DNA from: Candidatus Woesearchaeota archaeon CG10_big_fil_rev_8_21_14_0_10_37_12
GTDB lineage: Archaea; Nanobdellota; Nanobdellia; Woesearchaeales; ARS49
Assembly (NCBI GenBank): GCA_002762795.1
Contig: PCYA01000014.1
Location: 5,632-69,631 of the forward strand
Reading direction: 5' to 3'
DNA length: 64,000 nt
The notes beneath the pieces are model-generated. The model was not told where the DNA came from. It did not search any database and saw nothing but the letters and a program-made list of their open reading frames with translations. How positions within the stretch are numbered: position 1 is the first letter of the stretch; every line of letters begins with the position of its first letter. A program made the translations under genes and the position numbers. Shown here one piece after another: positions 31,165 through 41,133 of the stretch.

Positions 31165-31815
31165 ATGAAACTGGCAAGTATAAAAGCAATAGGTTTTGAT
31201 TTAGATTATACACTATACCCGCAAAGCAAAGACATTCAAGAAAAAGTTGCTGATGAAGTAGCAAAACACTTAGCAGGTGCTCAAAATCTACCGTTCGATG
31301 AAGCAAGAAAGAAATATGAGGAAACATATGCAAAGTTAAAAAGCGGCAAAGGAACACTACTCGCATTAGGCGTTGAAAATGCCCGAGAAGTCATGCAGAA
31401 TTGTTTAGAATCTGCTGAACGTGTAGATTTCATAGAACAAAATGCAGAACTTGTGAAACTCATTGAACAGTTAAAAGAAAAAGTCGGCTGCGTTTTCCTC
31501 ATAACTGGCAGTAGAAAGCATTTAGCAATTCCCATTCTTGAAAAGATCGGTTTGACAGAAAGCCATTTTGATCATGCAATTTATGGTCCTGACACTGAAG
31601 GTGATCATTTGATTAAGTTTAATGGAACAGCATTTGCAGAAATCGAAAGACTTACAGGTTTAAAACCAGAAGAACTTTGTTATGTGGGTGATAATCCAAA
31701 AATGGACATACATCCAGCGCATGCAAGAGGTTGGAAAACTATTTTAGTAAATGATAAAGATGATAAAGCAACAGTGTGTATTCAAGATATTTTGCATATT
31801 AAAGAACTAATTTAA
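31165..31815 (+). CDS. HAD-family hydrolase
   Basis: 'FDLDYTLY', 'YVGDNPKMDI'. Confidence 0.85.
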   Translation: MKLASIKAIGFDLDYTLYPQSKDIQEKVADEVAKHLAGAQNLPFDEARKKYEETYAKLKSGKGTLLALGVENAREVMQNCLESAERVDFIEQNAELVKLIEQLKEKVGCVFLITGSRKHLAIPILEKIGLTESHFDHAIYGPDTEGDHLIKFNGTAFAEIERLTGLKPEELCYVGDNPKMDIHPAHARGWKTILVNDKDDKATVCIQDILHIKELI

Positions 31816-32094
31816 AGAGAGGATAGAAGCTCCTCTGGCTTTACCAGTTTCGCAATGTCCTCTCCTTATCGCGAGTTTGCTCGCGTATTAGGAAATCTGA
31901 AATTTTGTTGTTTCCCAGATTTCCTATAAACCTCACCTGTGAATCTAAAAATTGAAAGCCAGACTGACGGTTTGCGCTTGCAAGTTTACTATAACTAGGG
32001 TGTTATAAAGAGGGGCAACCATTAGCCTAATGCGCGCAAGGAGCGCGACCCCTCTGTACTAATAATCCGACAAAGAAGATTTTTCGCCAAAAGT

Positions 32095-32559
32095 TTAACT
32101 CCATGAAAACTTGTCTTTTACTGTTTGTATTTTGTGTCCTGCCCAGTATAACATTCCGCCAACAAATAAGTATGCTGCTGCAACGCTCATAATTGTTGGC
32201 ACGCTATGACTAACGTACCATTCTGCCATGCTTTGTACTGCAAAGTTACCGCTGATACTGCTCATGCCAAGCAGTTCATCAAGTGTGACAAAACCAAAAA
32301 TGAGTGTAAGTCCTCCCGGGATAAATACTGTTGCACCCATTGCTTTGAGTGTGTCTGGTATTGTTTCTTTTAATCTGTAAAGAACAAATGCGCTAACTAA
32401 TACCAAAATAACTCCTATCCAGAAGTAGTGCGGGCTTGCATTCCATGGGCTTGTACTGGCTTCAAGTGCTGCAACAAATGATGGTTGCAATAGTGCAAAA
32501 CCTGCAAATAGTGCAAGGTGCATGATTAAATGCCCTGCAGTATGATGAACAATCTTCAT
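32095..32559 (-). CDS. Membrane protein
   Basis: Four hydrophobic segments. Confidence 0.6.
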   Translation of the reverse strand: MKIVHHTAGHLIMHLALFAGFALLQPSFVAALEASTSPWNASPHYFWIGVILVLVSAFVLYRLKETIPDTLKAMGATVFIPGGLTLIFGFVTLDELLGMSSISGNFAVQSMAEWYVSHSVPTIMSVAAAYLFVGGMLYWAGHKIQTVKDKFSWS

Positions 32560-32635
32560 AAATACTCTAAGATTGTTTATGTTTATAAGTGTTTTCTTGG
32601 AAAAACTTATTAAGAAGTATAGCGTTAATAAACAA

Positions 32636-33085
32636 ATGTTAAAAACAGGAGATAAAATTAAAGATTTTGAATTGCCCGATCAGAACGGTAAGTTAGTGAA
32701 GCTTTCTGATTTTAAAGACAAAACAATCATCATATATTTTTATCCGAAAGATATGACTCCTGGTTGCACAGCAGAGGCTTGTTCTTTTAGAGATAATTTT
32801 TCTAAATTGAAAAAGAAAAGTGTTGTTGTGATTGGCATTAGCAAGGATTCTGAAAAATCGCATCAAAAATTTATTGAGAAATATGACTTGCCGTTCACTT
32901 TGTTATCTGATCCTGACGCAAAAGTGATCAAAGCGTTTGGTGCGTGGGGAAAGAAGAAGTTTATGGGCAGAGAGTTTGATGGGATTTTGCGAAGTACATT
33001 TGTTATCAAAAATAACAAAATTATCAAAGTGTACGATAAAGTGAACTGTACAACACATGCAGAAGACTTATTGAAAGATCTGTAA
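32636..33085 (+). CDS. bcp: Peroxiredoxin (Bcp family)
   Basis: 'YFYPKDMTPGCTAEACSFRD'. Confidence 0.92.
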   Translation: MLKTGDKIKDFELPDQNGKLVKLSDFKDKTIIIYFYPKDMTPGCTAEACSFRDNFSKLKKKSVVVIGISKDSEKSHQKFIEKYDLPFTLLSDPDAKVIKAFGAWGKKKFMGREFDGILRSTFVIKNNKIIKVYDKVNCTTHAEDLLKDL

Positions 33086-33121
33086 TTAAGCAAGCATTAA
33101 TTTAGCAAGTTTATGAAGTTT

Positions 33122-33323
33122 ATTATTGCAAAGTTCGCAGGACTTTGCACTGGGGTTTAAAACCACGCCCAGCTGGAAGTCTCCAACTTCCAGCTTGCTC
33201 AGAAAATTACACACCTATACGATTTTTGTAATTTTCTGACATTTAGGGCGAACTTTGCAAGTAGAAAAACGCACGATAAAATACCCCGACCTTCAGGTCG
33301 GGGAATAGTGCGTTTTTCTTTAT
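33122..33323. mobile_element. Palindromic element type F with a nested 71-bp element at 33171-33241
   Basis: Same frame as 49467-49598; extra AGCTGGAAG...CTTCCAGCT-TGC-TCAGAAAATTACA...TGTAATTTTCTGACA. Confidence 0.85.
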
Positions 33324-33390
33324 CTTCAAGTAGTTTTAAAAAATAAGAAAATTGAGAAAAATAAACTTATTCATGATAAACCAGCTTATA

Positions 33391-33588
33391 TTATGCTGTT
33401 TCTTTTTTTACGTTTACTGCTTTGGGACCTCTGTCGCCTTGTTCTACTTCAAATTCTACAACATCATTTTCTTTTATAGTTGCGCCTGCAGCTAGTCCTG
33501 ATTGGTGTACAAAGTATTCTTTGCCGTCATCGCCTGCTATGAAGCCAAATCCCTTCATATCATTAAAAAATTTTACTTTTCCTTTCAT
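33391..33588 (-). CDS. cspA: Cold-shock protein
   Basis: 'GKVKFFN..KGFGFI...EYFVHQS...GPKAVNV'. Confidence 0.95.
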   Translation of the reverse strand: MKGKVKFFNDMKGFGFIAGDDGKEYFVHQSGLAAGATIKENDVVEFEVEQGDRGPKAVNVKKETA

Positions 33589-33600
33589 GTTTTTTCCTCC

Positions 33601-33726
33601 TTAAGAGCGTGTTTTGTTCATTTTTGGTTGGCAGGTTTTACAACAAAGTACTTTTGCTTGATCTTTGCTGAGCACCATGCGCGTTTTGCATATTTTGCAG
33701 TTTTTTACTATATTGTAGTTTGCCAT
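33601..33726 (-). CDS. Small zinc-ribbon protein (41 aa)
   Basis: MANYNIVKNCKICK...CCKTC, directly upstream of cspA. Confidence 0.55.
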   Translation of the reverse strand: MANYNIVKNCKICKTRMVLSKDQAKVLCCKTCQPKMNKTRS

Positions 33727-33850
33727 GTTTTTCGAGAAATAATTAATGAATGTCAAAGAACTGATTTTGTTGTTTTTTCCACAAATTAACTGTTTCACAT
33801 CACAAGGATAAGGCAGGGTTTTTAAATTATTCTACTTTTTAGTGCAATAA

Positions 33851-34408
33851 ATGCCTGAAAAATCAATCCATCCAAAGTCTCGTAAAGCGTGGCGTTCTTG
33901 GTTGGAGAAAAATCATCTGAAAGAGAAGAAAGTATATCTCATAAAGTACAAGAAACATACAGGCAAGCCAACAATAGCAAACAAAGAAGCAATGGAAGAA
34001 GCTATTTGTTTTGGTTGGATTGATACAACAGTAAAAAGATTAGATGATTATACCTATCAGCAATGTTTTATGCGCAGAACAGACAATAGCAGATGGAGCA
34101 ATAATACATTAAAATATGCTAAAGAAATGATTGAACAGAGAAAAATGTCTGCAGAAGGGTTGAAACGATACAACGAAGGGTTGCAAAAACCTGTTATTGA
34201 TCATAGTTTACCAAAGAATCCTGATGTTCCTGAAGATCTAAAAAAAGCGTTGGAAAAGAGCAAAGAAGCAAAAGAAAATTTCAACAATTTTGCTCCTTCT
34301 ACGAGAAAAGTGTATATTTATTGGATTGAGAAAGCAAAGCGTCCTGAAACCAGAAAGAAGAGAATAGAAGAGACTGTGAGAAAGTCTGCTGAGAATAAGA
34401 AGTGGTAA
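33851..34408 (+). CDS. YdeI/OmpD-associated family protein
   Basis: 'WRSWLEKNH', 'EAICFGWID', 'SRWS', 'AKRPETRKKRI'. Confidence 0.9.
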   Translation: MPEKSIHPKSRKAWRSWLEKNHLKEKKVYLIKYKKHTGKPTIANKEAMEEAICFGWIDTTVKRLDDYTYQQCFMRRTDNSRWSNNTLKYAKEMIEQRKMSAEGLKRYNEGLQKPVIDHSLPKNPDVPEDLKKALEKSKEAKENFNNFAPSTRKVYIYWIEKAKRPETRKKRIEETVRKSAENKKW

Positions 34409-34447
34409 AACAGAAAAAATTAAAAGAATAAGAACGGTTCAAATGAC

Positions 34448-35458
34448 ATGAAAAGAGTGATTCTTTTATTATGTATTGTTTTAGTTATTTCTTGTAGTGT
34501 TGAAGATACTAATGATTTTGAAGTGTTAGTTTCTGGTCTTGATACTCCTTGGGCGATTGATTTTCTTCCTGATGGCAAGATGATTTTTAGTGAGCGTGAA
34601 GGAAGAGTAAGTATTCTGGACAAAGGAGTTGTGCGCGAAGTTGGAACTATTGATGTTAGTGAACTTTCTGAGTCTGGCTTGATGGGTGTTGCTGTTGATC
34701 CTGAATTTAACACAAATCGATTTGTTTATTTGTATTACACGCATGAAACAGGCAATAAGGTTTCTCGTTTTACGCTTAATGATCAATTAGAAAATGAATT
34801 GGTTTTGTTGGATAACATTCCAAGTGCAATTTATCACGATGGTGGGAGAATCAAATTTGGTCCTGACGGCAAATTATATATTACGACTGGTGATGCAACA
34901 GAGCCGAGTTCTGCTCAAGATCTTAACTCAGTAGCAGGCAAGATTTTACGAATAAACAAAGATGGGACAATTCCTGATGACAATCCATTTGGAAATTATG
35001 TTTTTTCATATGGTCATAGAAATTCACAAGGTATTGCTTGGCATCCAGTAACAAATGATTTGTTTGTTTCTGAACATGGGCCTACTAGAAACGATGAAAT
35101 TAATATTATCACTAAAGGGAAGAATTATGGCTGGCCTGCCGAGTGTACAGGTGTGCCAGATGGCTTTACAAACCCTATCAGATGTTTTACTGAGTTCACG
35201 CTTGCTCCTGCAGGAATCGCAATTCATAACAACGTGTTGTATGTTGCTGCGTTGCGCGGTGCGCAAGTGAGAATGCTTGTGCTTGGAGATGATCATAAGA
35301 CAATTGTTGAAGAAAAAGTGCTGTTTAATGATTTAGGAAGAGTTCGCGATGTTGTTATGCACGATGGTTATTTGTACATTGCAACGAGTAATTGGGATGG
35401 CCGTGGTATTCCTCATTCTGGTGATGATAAAATTCTTCGTATAAAGTTAACAAGATAA
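34448..35458 (+). CDS. PQQ-dependent sugar dehydrogenase family lipoprotein
   Basis: 'PWAIDFLPDG', 'HDGGRIKFGPDGKLY', 'YGHRN', 'NYGWP'. Confidence 0.9.
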   Translation: MKRVILLLCIVLVISCSVEDTNDFEVLVSGLDTPWAIDFLPDGKMIFSEREGRVSILDKGVVREVGTIDVSELSESGLMGVAVDPEFNTNRFVYLYYTHETGNKVSRFTLNDQLENELVLLDNIPSAIYHDGGRIKFGPDGKLYITTGDATEPSSAQDLNSVAGKILRINKDGTIPDDNPFGNYVFSYGHRNSQGIAWHPVTNDLFVSEHGPTRNDEINIITKGKNYGWPAECTGVPDGFTNPIRCFTEFTLAPAGIAIHNNVLYVAALRGAQVRMLVLGDDHKTIVEEKVLFNDLGRVRDVVMHDGYLYIATSNWDGRGIPHSGDDKILRIKLTR

Positions 35459-35497
35459 ATAGAAGAAATTAAAAAGATACGTTAATTTTAGTTTGTT

Positions 35498-36367
35498 ATG
35501 AAACGAGCATTAGTTTTGTTAATTTTTTGTTCATTGATAGTTTCTGCTCTTCCTCAATCACAAGGTTTTGTGAATGATTTTGCAAATATTCTGTCTTCTG
35601 AAGACGAGCTAAGGCTTTCAAGTTTGATTGATTCTATTGAAAAAAATACAAGTGTTGAAATTGCAATTGTTATAATTCCTGAATTAACTGACAAGTCTAT
35701 TGAGGAAGAAGGTCTTGCTTATTTGGAGGGTTGGGGCGTTGGTAAAAAGGACAAAGATAATGGCATAGTAATAGTGATTGCGCCAAACGACAGAAAGTAT
35801 CGTATTGAAACTGGCTATGGTATGGAAGGTATTATTCCTGATAGTATTTCTGGCCGGCTTGGCAGAGATATTCTTGTTCCTGCATTCAGAGAAGAAAAAT
35901 ATGGCGAAGGTTTGTATCAGTTAGTGTTGGCTATTCAGGGTTTTGTTGGCGATGATCCTGCAATTGTTGAAAAATACAGTTTAGAAGAAGGCACGTTTGC
36001 TGCTGATACTATTTTGATTTTCTTTGGAGTTGTTGCGTTTTTAATGCTTGTTGGTTATACTGATGGTATTAAAAAAAAATGGCTACGTTGGACAGTATTT
36101 GGTACGAGTAATACCTTGCTTGCATTGCTTATTTTATTGTTCGCGTTTGCAATTGCATCCTTTATTTTTGGCATATTTGGTTTTATTTTGCTTGTATTTG
36201 GCCCCGTTATTTTTTACTTCTTAAGCAAATCTCCTGGCAATTTTGGAAAAGGCAATAATGGTGGCGGTTTTATTTGGTTTGGCGGTCCTGGTGGAGGTTT
36301 TGGTGGCTCTGGCGGAGGTTTTGGTGGCGGTTCTGGTGGTGGCGGAGGAAGTAGTGGTGGTTGGTAA
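35498..36367 (+). CDS. TPM-domain (YgcG-like) membrane protein
   Basis: 'FVNDFANIL', 'WGVGKKDKDNG', 'IETGYGMEG', Gly-rich tail ending in GGW. Confidence 0.9.
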   Translation: MKRALVLLIFCSLIVSALPQSQGFVNDFANILSSEDELRLSSLIDSIEKNTSVEIAIVIIPELTDKSIEEEGLAYLEGWGVGKKDKDNGIVIVIAPNDRKYRIETGYGMEGIIPDSISGRLGRDILVPAFREEKYGEGLYQLVLAIQGFVGDDPAIVEKYSLEEGTFAADTILIFFGVVAFLMLVGYTDGIKKKWLRWTVFGTSNTLLALLILLFAFAIASFIFGIFGFILLVFGPVIFYFLSKSPGNFGKGNNGGGFIWFGGPGGGFGGSGGGFGGGSGGGGGSSGGW

Positions 36368-36414
36368 TGAAATAGACCAAAATTATTTTATAATCAGTAA
36401 ACTAAATATCTATT

Positions 36415-36671
36415 ATGACTGAACTGCTATTCTTTCTCATCGCGTTTATTGCAACTGTATTTGGCAAGCACATTCTTTCTAAAGAGCGTGAGCTTTCTGA
36501 TTGGGCAAAAGATGAGCTTGCAAAAGCCAGAACAGAGTCTGAATCAGAAGCGGTGAAAATAGAAGATGTTTGAAGCTAGGCTCTCTTCTCAACCTCAAAA
36601 ATTTTTTAAAAGGCAAGATACGCACAGTTACATACTGGGTTTTAGAGCACAGAGGAAAAGTGTATAACTGA
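36415..36671 (+). pseudogene. Probable decayed RelBE-like toxin-antitoxin remnant
   Basis: 36415-36573 ends with antitoxin-like 'ELSDWAKDELAKAR...KIEDV'; overlapping 'MFEARLSSQPQKFFK' and out-of-frame 'LEHRGKVY' resemble RelE termini. Confidence 0.45.
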
Positions 36672-36712
36672 AAAAGCAACATTTTTAAGCTAATGCTATA
36701 TTCAAGACAACA

Positions 36713-37297
36713 ATGGCAAAGAACAAGTTTAAATTGAAGCCTTGGATGTGGATTTTAGCTATTGTAGTTATTCTTGGTATTTGGTTTTTTGCCAGTTACA
36801 ATAGTTTAGTGCGATTAGAAATTTCTTCTGAGAAGGCTTGGCAGGATGTTGAAGTTCAATATCAAAGAAGGTTTGATTTGATTCCTAATTTAGTTGAAAC
36901 AGTAAAAGGGTATGCTGCTCATGAAGAGGGAGTGTTCACGACTGTTACTGAAGCGCGCAGTCAGTGGCAGAAGGCAAAGGTTTCTGGTGATGTTGCTGGC
37001 CAATTAGTTGCTGCATCGCAGCTTGATGTTGGTCTTGGCAGGTTGATTGCTGTTGCTGAAGGTTATCCTGATTTGAAAGCATCACAAAACTTTTTAGCAT
37101 TACAGGATCAACTTGAAGGTACTGAAAATCGTATTTCTGTTTCACGAACAAGATTTAATGCAGCAGTTGCAGATTATAACTACAAAATTCGTAGAATTCC
37201 AACAAACATTGTAGCTGGCTTGTTTGGTTTTGAGAGAAAACAAATGTTTGAAGCAGTCCAAGGTGCTGAAGAAGTTGTTAAAGTTGATTTCTCGTAG
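36713..37297 (+). CDS. lemA: LemA family protein
   Basis: 'QYQRRFDLIPNLVETVKGYAAHE', 'YPDLKASQNF', 'GTENRI'. Confidence 0.95.
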   Translation: MAKNKFKLKPWMWILAIVVILGIWFFASYNSLVRLEISSEKAWQDVEVQYQRRFDLIPNLVETVKGYAAHEEGVFTTVTEARSQWQKAKVSGDVAGQLVAASQLDVGLGRLIAVAEGYPDLKASQNFLALQDQLEGTENRISVSRTRFNAAVADYNYKIRRIPTNIVAGLFGFERKQMFEAVQGAEEVVKVDFS

Positions 37298-37343
37298 CAA
37301 AATACACAAAAAATTTTTATTCTCTAAAATAATCAGCAAGTGT

Positions 37344-37652
37344 ATGGGCGTTCACGTATTTGAATGGGAAAAAGAACATACACCGAAAGAGCCAGAGTTA
37401 GAAGTTATGCTTGAGAAAAAAGGAGTGAACTCATACCGTTTTGTGATGGAAAAAAATGAAGTGTATGGCGCGCACAGTCATGATAAAGATGAAATTCGCG
37501 TTGTTGTGTATGGCGAGGTAGAATTTTGTGCTGATGGCAGGCAACATATTTTGAAACCTGGCGATAGGATTCATATTGGTGCAGGAACAGTGCATACTGT
37601 GCAAAATTTAGCTCCGTACCAGAGTGTGTTGTTGGGAGGGGCGAAAGAATAG
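37344..37652 (+). CDS. Cupin domain protein
   Basis: 'HSHDKDE', 'LKPGDRIHIGAGTVH'. Confidence 0.85.
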   Translation: MGVHVFEWEKEHTPKEPELEVMLEKKGVNSYRFVMEKNEVYGAHSHDKDEIRVVVYGEVEFCADGRQHILKPGDRIHIGAGTVHTVQNLAPYQSVLLGGAKE

Positions 37653-37653
37653 T

Positions 37654-38049
37654 TCAATCAGATTTTATTTCAGTTACTTGTTTGTTAGTAAGGTATATGC
37701 CAATAGAACCAGCAATCATTGATGGTAAAGTCGGATCACTATCATTAGTAAGAAGAGCATAAGTATAAAAAAGTCCAGTAACTGTAAGAGAGAACAAATT
37801 TGCGTTAAGTCGGCCATATTTCCCAGAAGATTTTGTTATATAATCAACTCCTTTAGCATATATGAGATTTGTCACTGCAAAAAAAGGCACATTTTTTATG
37901 GCATCCTCAAGCCCTGCAGAAACATCTTTTGTTTGAGCTGTAATAAGTGCAAAATTTAATGCTGTTTGGGCAGAAGTATATCTGACAAAAGAACATTTGA
38001 TATTATTCCATTCATTCACTAAGCTTTCTAGATTACTGTTTTCGCTCAT
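37654..38049 (-). CDS. Hypothetical membrane protein
   Basis: 131-aa ORF with hydrophobic segments. Confidence 0.55.
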   Translation of the reverse strand: MSENSNLESLVNEWNNIKCSFVRYTSAQTALNFALITAQTKDVSAGLEDAIKNVPFFAVTNLIYAKGVDYITKSSGKYGRLNANLFSLTVTGLFYTYALLTNDSDPTLPSMIAGSIGIYLTNKQVTEIKSD

Positions 38050-38141
38050 CTAACATTTGATAAAACGCCGAATAATAAAATACGCCATCCATATTTTTAC
38101 AATAATAAAGTTTATAAAGAAATAAGCTTAATAATAGTAAA

Positions 38142-39074
38142 ATGAATGCGTTAGATACTAAAATATTGTTTGAATTGACCAAGAACTCAAGAATTCCATT
38201 AACCATGTTAGCAAAAAAGCTCAAGCGCTCAAGAGAAGTCATAACATACAGAATAAACAAGCTGAAAAAAGAAGGCAATATCATAGCTTTTATAACAGAA
38301 ATAGATACAAGTAAACTGGGTTTTGTTGCATCTGCAGTCTTTATTAATATTCGGCTAAAACGTCATAAGGAATTCAAAGAATACTTAGCAAAACAGAATT
38401 TTATTTCTTGGGCAGGAGCTCATTGTGGTTTGTACAGTTTTGGTTTTTCAATTTATGGCAAAGATTTAGATGATATTGATAAGAAATTCTTTGAGTTGCA
38501 TAAAAGGTTCAAAGACGATATTGTTGATTATTGGACAAGAGTGCATAAAGATACTTTTTTCTTTTATGAGAAATGTTTTGGTAGAGGGGAACAAAAGAAA
38601 ATAAAAAGTTCTGAAGAACATATCGATAATAAAGATAAATTAATTCTTAAATTGTTAGCAAAAAACTCTAGAATCGAGGCAGTAAGAATTGCAGAGCAAG
38701 TAAAATTAACTGCTCCTGCTGTTGCACATAAGATAAAAAGATTAGAAAATGCAGGAGTTATTAAGAAATATTCTCTTTTTATCAATTTGTCAAAGTTAAA
38801 CATCATGCAATATAGTGTATTTATTCTGAACAAAAATATGGAAGTAAGAGAAAACTTGTTGGCATATCTTAAAGAGCATATGAATATTTCTTTTGTTGCC
38901 ACATATGTTAGTGACCTTGTAATTGAGTGTGGCATTTTAGTTTCTAATCCTTACAAATTGCGTGATTATTTGCTAGAAATTGAAAATAAATTTCCAGATA
39001 ATAGAATAACGCATATTTTCCTTCTTCAAGAAGAATTCTTTTCTGTTGGAGCTCCTGATTGTGTTTTTTGTTAA
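38142..39074 (+). CDS. Tandem double-domain Lrp/AsnC regulator
   Basis: Two Lrp-type HTH units. Confidence 0.85.
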   Translation: MNALDTKILFELTKNSRIPLTMLAKKLKRSREVITYRINKLKKEGNIIAFITEIDTSKLGFVASAVFINIRLKRHKEFKEYLAKQNFISWAGAHCGLYSFGFSIYGKDLDDIDKKFFELHKRFKDDIVDYWTRVHKDTFFFYEKCFGRGEQKKIKSSEEHIDNKDKLILKLLAKNSRIEAVRIAEQVKLTAPAVAHKIKRLENAGVIKKYSLFINLSKLNIMQYSVFILNKNMEVRENLLAYLKEHMNISFVATYVSDLVIECGILVSNPYKLRDYLLEIENKFPDNRITHIFLLQEEFFSVGAPDCVFC

Positions 39075-39112
39075 GCAAAACTATTTAAAACACAACATAT
39101 TACTCAATTAAA

Positions 39113-39301
39113 ATGAAAATCAGCAGACATGTAGTTTGGGAAATTGTTCTTGTTATTGCGTCTGTTTTTGTGTTTAGAAGCTTGTGGACTTTGATGGATC
39201 GTGTTGAGTTGTTTAATAACAGCGCAATTCTCGGAGTTTTTCTTATCGCAGGCTTAGTGTTCACTAGCATTTCGCTTTACAAGTTAACGCATGCTGATTA
39301 A
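39113..39301 (+). CDS. Small 2-TM protein
   Basis: 62 aa, two hydrophobic helices, TATA-like box upstream. Confidence 0.6.
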   Translation: MKISRHVVWEIVLVIASVFVFRSLWTLMDRVELFNNSAILGVFLIAGLVFTSISLYKLTHAD

Positions 39302-39361
39302 ATCAGAATGTCGGAAAAACAGAAGGAATGTTTTAAAAAGTAACTTTTTGCAGTTAAAAGT

Positions 39362-40147
39362 ATGGGCTATACTTATCTTGGGGAGGGGCTTTCTACAATC
39401 GCGATCGAGTATGGTGAAAGAGTTGTTAAAATAGGTAAATGCGGTCAGAGAGACCTTGCCTCGTGTGAAAAGGTTCGTATAGCGCACGATAGATATATAT
39501 CAAACTTAGAGCAGGCAGGAGTGAGAACGCTTGTAGAACTGTGTTATTCTAGTCTACAAGGATCAAGAAATCACGTTGTTGTCGTAGAAAGAAACGCTCG
39601 CAGTAATGTACTATCAAATATCTTGGCTAATTCATATTCTGCTGATTGTAAAGACTATTTAAGTGAGTTAATTGAGAATCTTAAGTTAGTATATGATCGC
39701 AACAGGCGAAATATAGTGCAAGTTGGCGTGTGTAGTAAGCTTTCTAGTTGGTGCAGAGAAGACGGGCGTTTAGTCTATCTTGATACTTTTCCTCCATTTA
39801 TTGATGATGGCTCTTTTGGAGAATTATTTTCGTTGCATTATGGATTGCCTGGTTGTTTTAAATTTGTTGCTGGCATTGTTAAGGCAAGTCATTTTGATGT
39901 AGATAAACAAATCGGTAAAATCATAGCAGATGTTAGTTCGTGTGATTCTGGTTTAGAACTGGGATATTTTGCACGCCAGCAAGCAATGCGGGTGTTTAAT
40001 GCTAAACGGCGTTCTTTAGAAAGATTAAATGTGCAAGGCTTGCAAAAAAGTTCGTCTTATAAGAGATTTAAAAGATTTATTGCACGGAAATTACTGGATA
40101 ATTCTTCATTTGTACCTGATTTCTGCAAGCTTGAAGAACGTTTATAA
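39362..40147 (+). CDS. Hypothetical protein, possibly a degenerate kinase-like fold
   Basis: 'YLGEGLSTIAI...VVKI', 'LVYLDTFPP'. Confidence 0.45.
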   Translation: MGYTYLGEGLSTIAIEYGERVVKIGKCGQRDLASCEKVRIAHDRYISNLEQAGVRTLVELCYSSLQGSRNHVVVVERNARSNVLSNILANSYSADCKDYLSELIENLKLVYDRNRRNIVQVGVCSKLSSWCREDGRLVYLDTFPPFIDDGSFGELFSLHYGLPGCFKFVAGIVKASHFDVDKQIGKIIADVSSCDSGLELGYFARQQAMRVFNAKRRSLERLNVQGLQKSSSYKRFKRFIARKLLDNSSFVPDFCKLEERL

Positions 40148-41048
40148 GCTCTTTCAAATTATCAGCTCGGGAAATTCCTTCTCTTACCCTCGCACTTCCT
40201 TCCAGTCCTTTTGTAAAACTCATTGCATGAGTTTTGATGATATTAAAAGGAAGTTCATATTTTTTTGCGAGTTCTAAAAATTCAAAGAATTGTTTTATTT
40301 TGTCAATAGATTCATACGTTCCTGTTTTTAGATAATCATTAACTTGCTGAAAAATTGCAGGGTTCCCTATTGCTCCGCGTGCAATCAGCACATAATCTAC
40401 TCTTGTTTCTTCAATTCTTTTTTTAACATCTTCAGGAGAAAAAACATCACCATTACCAATCACAGGAATGCTCACTGCTTCTTTTACTTGCTTAATAACA
40501 CTCCAATCTGCTTTTCCAGAATACCCTTGTTTTTGTGTTCTACCGTGCACGCCAATCGCAGCAGCTCCAGCATCTTCTGCAAGTTTTGCTATTTCAACAG
40601 CATTCATATGTTGTTCATCTATTCCAGATCTTATTTTCAGTGTAACAGGCTTGTTTACTGCACTTGCAAGTTTATTAATAAAAAAACTTATTTTTTCAGG
40701 ATTGTTTAATAATGCGCTTCCGCTTCCTGTTTTGATAACTTTCCATGCTGGGCAACCGCAATTAATATCAATTATATCAAAGTCATCCTCTATTTGCCTT
40801 GCAGCATCTACTACATCTTGTACAGAATTTCCAAATAATTGTACTGCGACTGGTTTTTCTATTAGATCTGTTCGCAGCATAAGCAAGGATTTTTCATTGC
40901 CTCTAACTATTGCAGTTCCGCTGACAAATTCTGTGTACGTTAACCCTGCTCCATATTGTTTAGCAAGTGTTCTGAAAGCTACATCTGTTACTCCTGCCAT
41001 TGGGCTTAAGAGCGCTTTTGATGTTAGTTTTGGAAAAGATGATCCCAT
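40077..41048 (-). CDS. dusB: tRNA-dihydrouridine synthase
   Basis: 'SPMAGVTD', 'DINCGCP', 'VHGRT', 'GNGD', 'ARGAIGNP'. Confidence 0.92.
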   Translation of the reverse strand: MGSSFPKLTSKALLSPMAGVTDVAFRTLAKQYGAGLTYTEFVSGTAIVRGNEKSLLMLRTDLIEKPVAVQLFGNSVQDVVDAARQIEDDFDIIDINCGCPAWKVIKTGSGSALLNNPEKISFFINKLASAVNKPVTLKIRSGIDEQHMNAVEIAKLAEDAGAAAIGVHGRTQKQGYSGKADWSVIKQVKEAVSIPVIGNGDVFSPEDVKKRIEETRVDYVLIARGAIGNPAIFQQVNDYLKTGTYESIDKIKQFFEFLELAKKYELPFNIIKTHAMSFTKGLEGSARVREGISRADNLKELINVLQACRNQVQMKNYPVISVQ

Positions 41049-41133
41049 GATAGAACTCGACAAAGTGCGATTTATAAATGTAACACTTGGCAGATTTTGC
41101 ATGAGTAAAAAGATTCAATCCTGCTAAGTTTAG

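Noticed and set aside
31817-32055. SRP RNA, RNase P RNA or hammerhead ribozyme
   Set aside because: I did not find their conserved motifs on either strand.
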